Shown: piece by piece, positions 12,401-20,224 of the stretch
Position numbering within the stretch: the stretch's first letter is position 1
How the letters are laid out: every line of letters begins with the position of its first letter
Assembly: GCA_964188305.1 (NCBI GenBank)
Contig: OZ076893.1
Length of the DNA: 64,000 nt
Source: Podarcis bocagei
Taxonomy: Eukaryota
Reading direction: 5' to 3' (one strand)
Program-made: the position numbers and the translations under genes
The notes under the pieces: model-generated
The model's database searches: none
The model's input: the letters and a program-made list of their open reading frames with translations, nothing else
What the model was told of the DNA's origin: nothing

Positions 12401-13422
12401 TAGGTACCCAGTGGCGTGAACATGGCTGTCTTCCACTCATCACCTTCCCGCATGCGAATGAGGTTGTACGCCCCCCGCAGGTCCAACTTGGTGAACACCT
12501 TTCCCTTCCGTACCTTCGCCAGGAGGTCGTCGATGCGGGGCATGGGGAAGTCCGACGGCTTGGTCACACTGTTCAAAATCCTGTAATCCACTACGAGTCT
12601 TTTTTGGGGCGTGTCTCGCTTCTTAACAAAGAATACAGGACTGCCCCCCACTGCCTTAGACTCCCGGATGAAACCGCGCTCCAAATTATGATCGATGAAG
12701 TCTTTGAGTTCCTGCAGTTCGTCCTCAGACATGGAATACAGCTTCCCTTTAGGCAGCGCCGCCCCCGGCAGCAGGTCAATTTTGCAGTCATATGGTCTGT
12801 GAGGGGGTAGCCTGTCCGCCTCCTTCTCGCAGAAAACTTCCAGAAATTCTGCGTACTTGTGGGGAATCGCTTGCAGTGTGCCTAGCAGCAGCTGTGACTC
12901 CTCTTCCTCTCCTTCCTGCCTGGGTACGATGCAGTGTTCAGCACAAAAGGAAGAGCCGAAGACCAGCTGCCTCTGGAACCAAGCCATCGTTGGGCTGTGC
13001 TTGTCCAGCCAACTCATACCCAATACAATGGGCGTGTCAGACAGTTGAGTGACGTTGAAGCTGATGACTTCCCTGTGATTCCCAAGTCGCATCACCATTG
13101 GTGGCGTCTGCTTCACCACTTGCCCCCCTAGCAGCTCCCTGCCATCCACCGTGACAACCTGCAGGGGCAGTGTGGCCGGCAGCAACTGCACAGCGTGCCT
13201 GTCGACAAATTCCTGCCCTATAAAGTCCGCGTTGCTGCCGGAGTCGATGGTGATTGGCACGTCCATGGTGATTCCATTGGGCAGCTGGAGAGATGCTGTG
13301 AGCCTCACTACTGGTTTGGGCGGGAGGGGGTTCACTGGCTGTAAAATTTCTGGGGACTGCGTCACTAACACGTCTGGCTGGGCCCCAGTGCCTCTTCCTC
13401 CAGCCAGACATTGTCGTTTCCC
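8854..13422 (-). CDS. pol: Retrotransposon Pol (PR, RT, RNase H, integrase, degenerate chromodomain, long acidic tail), entered by -1 frameshift from gag
   Basis: Uninterrupted ORF: IDSGS (PR), MPFGL and FLDD (RT), TDASD/RELLAI/TDHKNL/ADALSR (RH), H-H-C-C plus LDFV/SDRG/AERAN (IN), GPY motif; frame is -1 relative to gag. Confidence 0.96.
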   Translation of the reverse strand, partial: GKRQCLAGGRGTGAQPDVLVTQSPEILQPVNPLPPKPVVRLTASLQLPNGITMDVPITIDSGSNADFIGQEFVDRHAVQLLPATLPLQVVTVDGRELLGGQVVKQTPPMVMRLGNHREVISFNVTQLSDTPIVLGMSWLDKHSPTMAWFQRQLVFGSSFCAEHCIVPRQEGEEEESQLLLGTLQAIPHKYAEFLEVFCEKEADRLPPHRPYDCKIDLLPGAALPKGKLYSMSEDELQELKDFIDHNLERGFIRESKAVGGSPVFFVKKRDTPQKRLVVDYRILNSVTKPSDFPMPRIDDLLAKVRKGKVFTKLDLRGAYNLIRMREGDEWKTAMFTPLGTYEYRVMPFGLQNGAHVFQAFMHHVLAGLLYKTCVCFLDDILIFSESQQEHDKHVKEVLGRLKQHRLYAKLEKCQFDVPEVDFLGYKLSAKGLAMDSAKVRAVLDWKSPRNRKEVQRFVGFANFYRKFIKGFAMQTAAITDTLSSKKKKFIWTEQAEQSFQALKRLFASEEQLLHVNPSMPMRVETDASDRAVGAVLLQKDPQGVWRPGAFYSRKLSKSEQNYTIWDRELLAIHAAFKAWRHFLIGAKHTVQVCTDHKNLEHWRTAQFLNQRQIRWAEFFADFDFRIEYVPGDTNIMADALSRKPQYLEDATPAAAMHIFAPTVWACAAATVDLEAVRRALQGDSFARTKMAEVRGGKAAADGFQLRDGLLIRKGAIYVPGDELRATVLQQLHDAPTAGHFGKEKTVELVARDFWWPGMRGEVADYVARCDTCQRAKPVHKPPAGLLEPLQTPVEPWERVALDFVTDLPSSRGKTAVLVVVDLFSKMAHFIPCAKVATAELTAKLFIDHVFKVHGLPRSILSDRGRQFISNFWQKLMGFLNVKINLASARHPQTNGQAERANAIMQQYLRCYANQQPATWVDYLPLAEFAYNNTKHVSTGVTPFFANNGRHPRTFPGLECRGEGEPQSADAFASELQEVHDQLRRHLELAKHAYKVQADKHRRVGEELHVGDWVWLAAHAVPARSLAKKKLGHKQLGPYQVEEQVNPVAFKLALPEGSRMHPVFHRSVLTPYKAPHRFQEPGTAPSPLREGTGHAGVAQEERINEVTEILDSRWGEEGVEYFLAREGTPASANSWVPGYALDEPLLKDEFHALFPHRPMPADFFDDWLFTPTLSDSTFRGFDSDEEPTRDVRSPEGSPSGSVSEPSYWWDDRPEEQFRRKWLDCSGRATPPGGSAGETDMDIFGDDPGFEHGGTEMEEEVTVVNESREEELEEFRWRPATGSDRYPTFVPLQQQPPVPAPEGGEGGLGGFEGGMDVRGLGAEARAREETESEGEETEERMSDDDDPRSPSLSSESEDSQKGAPVARARGESREAPQEDRARGDSGGSSWRSGPASPPGSREEERSQEGSAGSSPQEGGQESGVATPPSGSEETVKRKVEGWARAPSSNAEEGGAVSSPEREPGPKARRKEAEGSGSASEESRKEEAPGGRGTQRRTVRRKRWSKARILSWCARGGDSDGASPI
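9482..9495 (-). promoter_or_regulatory. Polypurine tract
   Basis: GAGGGGGGGATGGA directly upstream of the 3' LTR. Confidence 0.85.
13350..13422 (-). promoter_or_regulatory. -1 programmed ribosomal frameshift signal (G GGA AAC plus stem/pseudoknot)
   Basis: GGGAAAC at 13422-13416 in the correct gag phase (CAG GGA AAC), 6-nt spacer, 10-bp stem GTCTGGCTGG/CCAGCCAGAC, loop CTGGGG complementary to downstream CCCCAG. Confidence 0.88.
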
Positions 13423-14429
13423 TGCTGTGGTCCTCCCTGCTGCGTTGCTGCAGTCACCATTGCTGAGGCTGCAGTAAGCTTGTGGGGCCTCTGGGGACAC
13501 TCTTTCGCCATATGCCCTGGCTGCTCACAGACGTAACACTTCCTGGTCCCTCTAGGAGGCTTCGCCTTCACTGCTGCCGGTGCTAGGGCTCTGGTTGCTG
13601 ACTGAGCCCTTGCACCTCCAACCTCCATAGGTTCGGCTCCTCCTCCTGGCGGAGGCGTGGATTGCGTTCGCGCTGCTTCTCTGGGAAAGAAGGAGGGGCC
13701 CCCGGCTGGTTCGCGCCCTCCACGTCCTTCGTCCTTGCTCCACGGACGTCCTTCCAGCCTCACCCCCACGGCCAGTGCCCTCTGAACGACCTCCTGGGTG
13801 GTTCGGGGTCTCTCCCCCCTCGCTATCTCATCTTTAATCGAGTTGTGCAGTCCCTCCCAAAAGAGGTCTCTTACAGGAGCCGAATCTCTGTCCCATTCCA
13901 GGGCGCTGACCAAGGCGAAAAAGCGTGCATGATACTGTCTGACGCTGGCCCTCCCTTGTCTCAGCCCATGCACCTCCTTCCGTGCAAGATCAATGTCAAT
14001 ACTTGATAAGAAACACCCATCCATCGCTTTAATAAAGGCATCCGCATTCTGGAGCGCCGGATCGTTATCTCTCCATAAATTGCGCAACCATGCTTTCGCC
14101 TCCCCATGCAGATGGGACATGATGAACCCCACTCTCTCCTGTTCATCTCTAAAGTCTTTATGCAACAGTTGCAGTGCGCACAGTACGTCGGCTCTAAAGT
14201 TGGGATACTGTTGCAGGTTCCCATCGAAGTGAGAGAGCAGCCCGCCTGTCCGTCTCGCCAACCCAATTCCCTCCTGCCGGGGTGGTTGCTTTGCCAGTAC
14301 GTCTAACCTGACCTGGAGATCCCTGCAGGCGGCAGCTGCCTCGTCCTCTCTCTTCCTGGATGCGAGAACCTCGGCGTTCAGTTGTGCCACTGCTTTTCTG
14401 AGGTCCTCTATCTGCTGCTCAGCCGTCAT
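13365..14429 (-). CDS. gag: Retrotransposon Gag (coiled-coil, capsid, CCHC zinc knuckle)
   Basis: 354-aa ATG-initiated ORF; LRQGRASVRQY MHR-like segment; CYVCEQPGHMAKEC knuckle. Confidence 0.95.
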   Translation of the reverse strand: MTAEQQIEDLRKAVAQLNAEVLASRKREDEAAAACRDLQVRLDVLAKQPPRQEGIGLARRTGGLLSHFDGNLQQYPNFRADVLCALQLLHKDFRDEQERVGFIMSHLHGEAKAWLRNLWRDNDPALQNADAFIKAMDGCFLSSIDIDLARKEVHGLRQGRASVRQYHARFFALVSALEWDRDSAPVRDLFWEGLHNSIKDEIARGERPRTTQEVVQRALAVGVRLEGRPWSKDEGRGGREPAGGPSFFPREAARTQSTPPPGGGAEPMEVGGARAQSATRALAPAAVKAKPPRGTRKCYVCEQPGHMAKECPQRPHKLTAASAMVTAATQQGGPQQGNDNVWLEEEALGPSQTC

Positions 14430-14507
14430 GTCTCCTGCCGTTCGTGAGCTCGCTAGTGGGCGCCTGTTTCTCTCCTCTCCTCGAGGCTGCAGATGCCCAC
14501 AATGTGG

Positions 14508-14518
14508 AGACGGAGCCT
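14508..14518 (-). promoter_or_regulatory. Primer-binding site, self-priming type (complementary to first 11 nt of predicted transcript)
   Basis: AGGCTCCGTCT 2 nt inside the 5' LTR end, no TGG tRNA signature; exact complement AGACGGAGCCT at 14667-14657, 31 nt downstream of TATTAA. Confidence 0.85.
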
Positions 14519-14520
14519 AC

Positions 14521-15273
14521 TGTCAGAGCTGCTTCAAGATCCTAGCTCACAGAGGATCACGCTAGCCAGCGGTTATTAAGTAAAAGTCTTTATTGAATTA
14601 CAGTTTCCATTCTCACGCTGCTGTCTGCAACTCTACGTCTACTAGCTAGATCGGCGAGGCTCCGTCTGAGTCTCCGCCCCGTGCGCACCAACTTAATATC
14701 CTAGCCTTGCTCCACCTTTTCCTCCTGACTGTCCTCCTCTGGGTCCCTCTACCCCCCGGGGCTTCTTCCTTCCGGGATTCTTCTGACGCTGACCCGGACC
14801 CTTCTGCCTCCTTGCGCCGGGCTTTAGGACCCGGTTCCCTTTCGGGGCTGCTCACTGCGCCGCCTTCCTCTGCATTTGAACTTGGCGCGCGCGCCCAACC
14901 TTCCACTTTCCTCTTAACCGTTTCCTCGCTCCCCGATGGAGGTGTGGCCACTCCTGACTCCTGCCCTCCCTCCTGTGGTGAGCTGCCAGCGCTTCCCTCC
15001 TGGCTCCTCTCCTCTTCCCTGCTTCCTGGCGGTGACGCTGGTCCCGATCTCCAGCTGCTCCCCCCTGAGTCTCCTCTGGCTCTATCTTCCTGGGGTGCCT
15101 CCCTAGACTCCCCCCTTGCCCTGGCCACTGGTGCTCCTTTCTGTGAATCCTCTGATTCACTGGAAAGACTGGGAGATCTCGGGTCGTCGTCATCACTCAT
15201 CCTTTCCTCTGTCTCCTCCCCTTCGCTCTCTGTTTCCTCCCTTGCCCGTGCCTCTGCACCTAAACCCCTGACA
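14521..15273 (-). repeat. 5' LTR (U3 ~15273-14668, R from ~14667, U5 to 14521)
   Basis: TGTCAG...CTGACA termini; no differences from 8729-9481 seen by eye; TATTAA at 14698-14693 and AATAAA at 14594-14589 on the - strand. Confidence 0.97.
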
Positions 15274-15839
15274 GCTACGCTTTCCACTGTTTGGTTATTT
15301 AGTTTTCTAGATGGCATTGGGATATGTCAGGGCCCTAGAATCGTCCGCAAAGGCTGTGAGACAACTCACCTCCCACCCAGTGCCTATTACCTCCACAGAA
15401 GGAGAATTTGTTGTGTGGGTCCCTTCCTACATGTAAGTTCTCAGATGTTTCTGTGCAGTGCCCAGTGTATTGAGGATTGCTACCATTTCTGTGGTTCTGA
15501 ATGCATTACATACATCTCCTGCTGGAGGTGCCCTATGTAATTTCTGAAAGACAAAGATCCATGCCAGTAGATAAGCTTGTTCCTTTTTCTTTCTGTCTAC
15601 ATTTTCCTGAATAACTTCATGACTTTTTAAAAGCTGCTTCCCTCCATATGAACCTGCCTATCCAGTAAGATCATCATTGGAAGCTCCCCAGATCTGCCCC
15701 AGAGGTTCGCCCAACCCTCCAGAGCTGGTTTTGAGGGGGGGGGGTGCTGATGAGGACAGGAGAGGTAGCACCCCTGAGTCCATGGAAATGCATTGTGCCA
15801 GTGCAACTGCAGCCTTGGATACTGTCCTATACAGTAAAA

Positions 15840-16084
15840 GGGATGCGGGTGGTGCTGTGGGTTAAAACCACTGAGCCTAGGGCTTGCCGATCAGTCGGTG
15901 GTTCAAATCCCCGCGACGGGGTAAGCTCCCGTTGCTCAGTCCCAGCTCCTGCCAACCTGGCATTTCGAAAGCACGTCAAAGTGCAAGTGGAAGGTAAACG
16001 GTGTTTCCCTATGCTGCTCTGGTTCGCCAGAGTCGTTCGCGACTGGACCTAACGGTCAGGGGTCCCTTTACCTTTGCCTTTACC
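15840..16084 (+). mobile_element. Sauria SINE, internally deleted
   Basis: GGGATGCGGGTGGTGCTGTGGGTTAAA head, GGTTCAAATCC B box, (ACCTTT)n-type tail; homologous to 31644-32002 and 37465-37925. Confidence 0.85.
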
Positions 16085-16088
16085 TACG

Positions 16089-16240
16089 CAGTGCTTTTTT
16101 CCTTTTAAAAAAATGTTTAGGGCTACTCTCATTTTCCTACTCATATTGAAATACTGCCTCTCAATGAGGCCAAACTTCAATTCACAAAATGTTTAGGGGT
16201 ATGCATACCCCCATGTCCCCCCCCCCGAAAAAAAACACTG
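16089..16240. mobile_element. hAT-like MITE
   Basis: Imperfect TIRs CAGTGCTTTTTT / AAAAAACACTG; degenerate 8-bp TSD (gtcctata at 15824, gtcctatg at 16241). Confidence 0.65.
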
Positions 16241-16641
16241 GTCCTATGTATTTTTGATGCCAGGTGAAGACGGTCCCCCCCCCCACATCATTTTAATCTG
16301 TGACTAGGTGAACCCTTGACTTGGTCTTTCATGTAATTGCTGTATGTATTTTTGTTTCTGCTGTTTTTATATTATTGCTGATAGTTTATAGTTTTAGGTA
16401 AGCTTCCTCTGTCTTCATATAGAAAGGCAGGAAATAAATGCTTAAAATGACAATATGTTGATGTTCAGAATCTCAGTTTCACCAGCCAAATGATGCATCC
16501 ATTATCTCATCTTGGCATGCTTTGGCCTGTTCATTCTGCAGAGCAGCTGCAGTAACGTTGCCTTACACAAAACATATTTGAATAGAGTGCAAAGTCTCCT
16601 GATGCTTAAAATGACTTCTTGCTTTTCCTTTCCAAATACAG

Positions 16642-16739
16642 GGGCCTCTAGTACGATGGCTGAAAGTAAATTTCAGTGAAGCTTTCATTGCCTGGATTCA
16701 TGTGAAAGCGCTGAGAGTCTTCGTTGAATCAGTTTTGAG
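16642..16739 (+). CDS. ATP6V1C1: ATP6V1C1 exon 11
   Basis: aatacag| ... ag|gtattt; encodes [33 protein letters not shown]. Confidence 0.97.
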
Positions 16740-16966
16740 GTATTTTTCTTTTTAGATGAGCTATTGCTCCATTCCTTCAAGAATCACTAGCAATTCCACA
16801 TGTTTGGTCTAGTGACTCTTGGTAGCTGCGCTCTCTTGCACAGACACCAGGATTATCTGAACCAAATTACTATTTACGCATTAACTAGGAACAAGGCCAG
16901 TTTACTAAAGCAATCAGACAAGCAGTGAGATTATTTTAATATTAAACTTTTGTGGTATTCCAGATA

Positions 16967-17282
16967 CAGTGGTGCCTCGCAAGATGAAAAGAATCCGTTC
17001 TGTGATTCTCTTTGTCTAGCGGTTTTTTCATCTTGCGAAGCAAGCCCATTGACGGATTAGTGCTATTAGCGGCTTATCGGCTTATCGGATCAGCTGATAA
17101 GCGGCTTAGCAGCTTAGAAAAAGGGGGGGAGGGGGAAAAACCCGCAGGAACTCGCAAGACATTTTCGTCTTGCGAAGCAAGCCCATAGGAGATTTGTTTT
17201 GCGAAGCACCTCCAAAACGGAAAACTCTTTCGTCTAGCGAGTTTTCCGTCTTGCGAGGCATTCGTCTTGCGGGGCACCACTG
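16967..17282. mobile_element. Second copy of the same pogo/Tigger-like MITE family
   Basis: Same TIRs and TA flanks as 2377-2629; shared right half, different centre. Confidence 0.9.
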
Positions 17283-18623
17283 TACTTCCATGATCCACAA
17301 GGCAGAGAGGTGGTCTTCAAATCTCCCCCTTTTCCTGCAGTCTGATGTGCTACTTTGTTCCTGCTGTTATTCTGGATGTCTGATGTTCTAAAGGGCATCC
17401 CTGGAACATATTTGAGGAGGCAGACAGTAGCACAATGGGCTGCAGAAGGGATGAAAATTCCGCTCCCTCACCTTTTCACTAATGGGAGCCTCCACTGGAG
17501 CAAAGTGCCTTCTTTCAGCAGAGGGACATGACATATATCAAATTGGTTGCTGCTGCTCGCAAGAGCTAGAGGCAATGTAGTGCAGTAAGGAGATTCGCAG
17601 TAAAACGCTATAACAGTTTTATGACAGCTGATTCTTAAACTGAGATAGCAAATGCAGGAAATATGATTACATACATACATAAATTTTATTTGTATGCTGC
17701 TTTTCCACAGTTCCAATCATTCTCAAGGTGGCTTACAACATGAAAATATATCCTAAGTATTCGTAAACAATAAAGAAAAAGTTAAAAAATACACAACCAA
17801 AGTGCACCATTTCCACATTAATCACAACAAGATCTGAAATACAGATACCAAACAACAACAGCAACCCTCCCCAACAAAAAACCCCAAGCAACACCCCAGC
17901 CCAAGAGTCTGTTCAGCAGCCTCAGCCCCTGCCATCCCAGGCCAGGTGGAGAAGCCTGCAAGGCAAGGAGCAGGTCTTCCAGGACTCATAGCCAATATGG
18001 TCCAAAGATGATTCCAAAACCTTTGAATAAGACAAGTGTTCCAAAATAAGAGAGTTATCCCTTTCAGATACCTGTTTTCCCCTCTTTTCTTATCCTCCTG
18101 CCTGTTAATTAGGCTTGGAACACAAAGAGTGAACAGGTGCTTATTCAGAAACTTTTTAAATGTTTGATTTTTATTGACAGCTTTTCTAAACAATACAGCA
18201 AACAACAACTAGTACAGAGACTCTTGAGTTTCATTAATGGCAGAGCTCAACATCTTTGGGAATTTTGCTGTCCCTTTGCAATAGTATATTTCCAGAATAA
18301 CTGGCAGGAGTGGTGACTTTGGCCCCTCTCCATACTCTTACTGTATTCCCCCTCCACCCAAGCTAATTTTACATTGTCAGGGTCATTGCTCATCTAAGGC
18401 TTATTGTCATACTCCATGAAACCATCATGTAACAAAAATAATAATTGGATGCTTTTGAAGCACATGCACATTCCACCACCATATCCCCACCTCCAGCATT
18501 TACATTGGATCGAGCTGAACCGGCTGCCTCAATGTATCACTAATGGTGACAACAATTGCATTCCAGAAGTCTCAGAACTGAAGCACATCGCCTACAGCTC
18601 TTAAAATTACTTTGCTCTTCTAG

Positions 18624-18750
18624 GTATGGTTTGCCAGTGAACTTCCAGGCTATGCTCCTTCAGCCCAACAAGAAAACAATGAAGAAATTGAGAGAGGTTT
18701 TGTATGACTTGTACAAGCACCTTGACAGCAGCGCAGCAGCAATCATTGAT
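18624..18750 (+). CDS. ATP6V1C1: ATP6V1C1 exon 12
   Basis: cttctag| ... gat|gtaagt; encodes [42 protein letters not shown]. Confidence 0.97.
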
Positions 18751-18987
18751 GTAAGTAACTCGCATTTTTACGACGTCCACCTACAATTCAAATTGTTGAA
18801 GTTGCGTTGACTGAGAATTTTCTTACACCAAGGAGACACTATCTGGCTCAGCCACATCTACCAGCATGGGAGCTGGTGCTGATTAGATAGTTTATAAGTT
18901 TACCCTGATGTTGTAATCACAATGTCTTGAGAGCCACAATGGCAGATTTGGAACAATCATCTCCCATTCAGCATCACTTGGTGCCAT

Positions 18988-19249
18988 GGAGACTCTGTTG
19001 GTGTGGTGTAGTGGTTAAGAGCGGTAGTCACGTAATCTGGGTAACCGGGTTCGCGTCTCCGCTCCTCCACATGCAGCTGCTGGGTGACCTTGGGCCAGTC
19101 ACACTTCTGTGAAGTCTCTCAGCCCCACTCACCTCACAGAGTGTTTGTTGTGGGGGAGGAAGGGAAAGGAGATTGTTAGCCGCTTTGAGACTCCTGAAGG
19201 GGAGTGAAAGGCGGGATATCAAATCCAAACTCTTCTTCTTCTTCTTCTT
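18988..19249 (+). mobile_element. tRNA-derived squamate SINE (Squam3-like) with (CTT)n tail
   Basis: A box TGGTGTAGTGG, B box-like GGGTTCGCGTC, GGGTGACCTTGGGCCAGTCAC core, (CTT)n tail. Confidence 0.8.
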
Positions 19250-19606
19250 GATAGAGGCAGATGGTGTCATTTATCAATCTCAGTGCAGCTAGTGGGACTG
19301 GTTGAGAGTCTCATGAAATTCTGAAGTTTCCCAGCTATCACTTTTTTTTAAGTGAAATGTTTGTGTTGTGTGGAAGTGGAGAAAATATTGAAATCTTGCT
19401 TGTCAAGCATATATTCTGTCACAAAGCTATGACCCTTCCCCAGTGGGAAGGAAATTTTAAAATGTACCAAAAAGATAAAATTCAGGTGGTTTTTGTCTGA
19501 GTCTGAGCAATAGTACTTGTACGTGTGTAAAGAAAATATGTGGCCATTAACTCTCCTGCTAAACTCTTAGTTATTGAGTTAAAAAAAATAAACTTGTCTT
19601 TTATAG

Positions 19607-19702
19607 GCAACTATGGATATTCCAGGTTTGAACCTCAGTCAGCAAGAATACTACCCCTATGTGTACTACAAGATAGACTGCAACTTGCTCGAATTTAAGT
19701 AG
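19607..19702 (+). CDS. ATP6V1C1: ATP6V1C1 last coding exon (exon 13), stop TAG
   Basis: tttatag|; encodes [31 protein letters not shown], the known C-terminus. Confidence 0.97.
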   Translation, partial: ATMDIPGLNLSQQEYYPYVYYKIDCNLLEFK

Positions 19703-20218
19703 ATGACTTCTGACCCTGACCATCCTCCCATAATATTGGTGTCCAAGAAGAAAAGGTTGAAGAATGGTGATGCTCCTAACTCTCTCCTGTAAACCTGTTG
19801 CTTGCTTGCTTCCTCCCTCGCGTAGGAGAATAATCCCCATAGTGGTCCATCTCTTTGACATTTTCTTTTAAAAGAGAAATGTAAGTATCGCTTTTAAATT
19901 GATCAGGTCTGTAAATGTATATTGAGAGAATCAGAGTGTATTTATAAATAGTCCTTATTTAAAAAAAGTTTTTAAAGGGTCATTCCTCTTTCGTACCGTG
20001 GTCTGCATCAATTCCATTGACTATCCTCCGGGAAGAACTTGTTTACAAAGGAAGATTGTGGGGAGAAAACTTAATGCCATTTTGTTCACTGTGTTTCATA
20101 GATATAAAAATTGTAAACATTGTTATTGAATTGTGATGTAAAATATGTGGAGATTGATATTCAGTCTGTGCTTTCTGAATGTTTTAAACTTATGCACAGG
20201 AAACATTCACAGGAGAAA

Positions 20219-20224
20219 AATAAA
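20219..20224 (+). terminator. Candidate proximal polyadenylation signal (AATAAA) of ATP6V1C1
   Basis: AATAAA about 520 nt after the stop, followed by a GT/T-rich tract (tgtactactgtattgactgctttgtct). Confidence 0.5.

Larger units (their letters stand above)
8729..15273 (-). mobile_element. Full-length Ty3/Gypsy chromovirus-type (Tf1/sushi-like) LTR retrotransposon
   Basis: Two 753-bp TG..CA direct repeats, 5-bp TSD GCTAC (8724-8728 and 15274-15278), intact gag and pol (PR-RT-RH-IN-chromo order), PPT next to 3' LTR. Confidence 0.98.

Noticed and set aside
10144-13477. Many overlapping ORFs in other frames within pol
   Set aside because: Shadow ORFs of GC-rich coding sequence with no recognisable domains
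14517-14520. CTAC precedes both LTR copies on the + strand, suggesting longer LTRs
   Set aside because: TG..CA termini and the GCTAC TSD fix the boundaries; the 4-nt match appears coincidental
14646-15317. 223-aa - strand ORF spanning the 5' LTR
   Set aside because: It is the LTR copy of the pol tail fused to flanking intron sequence and lies upstream of the predicted TSS
18988-19075. tRNA-like A and B boxes (also in the Sauria SINE heads)
   Set aside because: SINE heads continuing into SINE body and tail; no full cloverleaf
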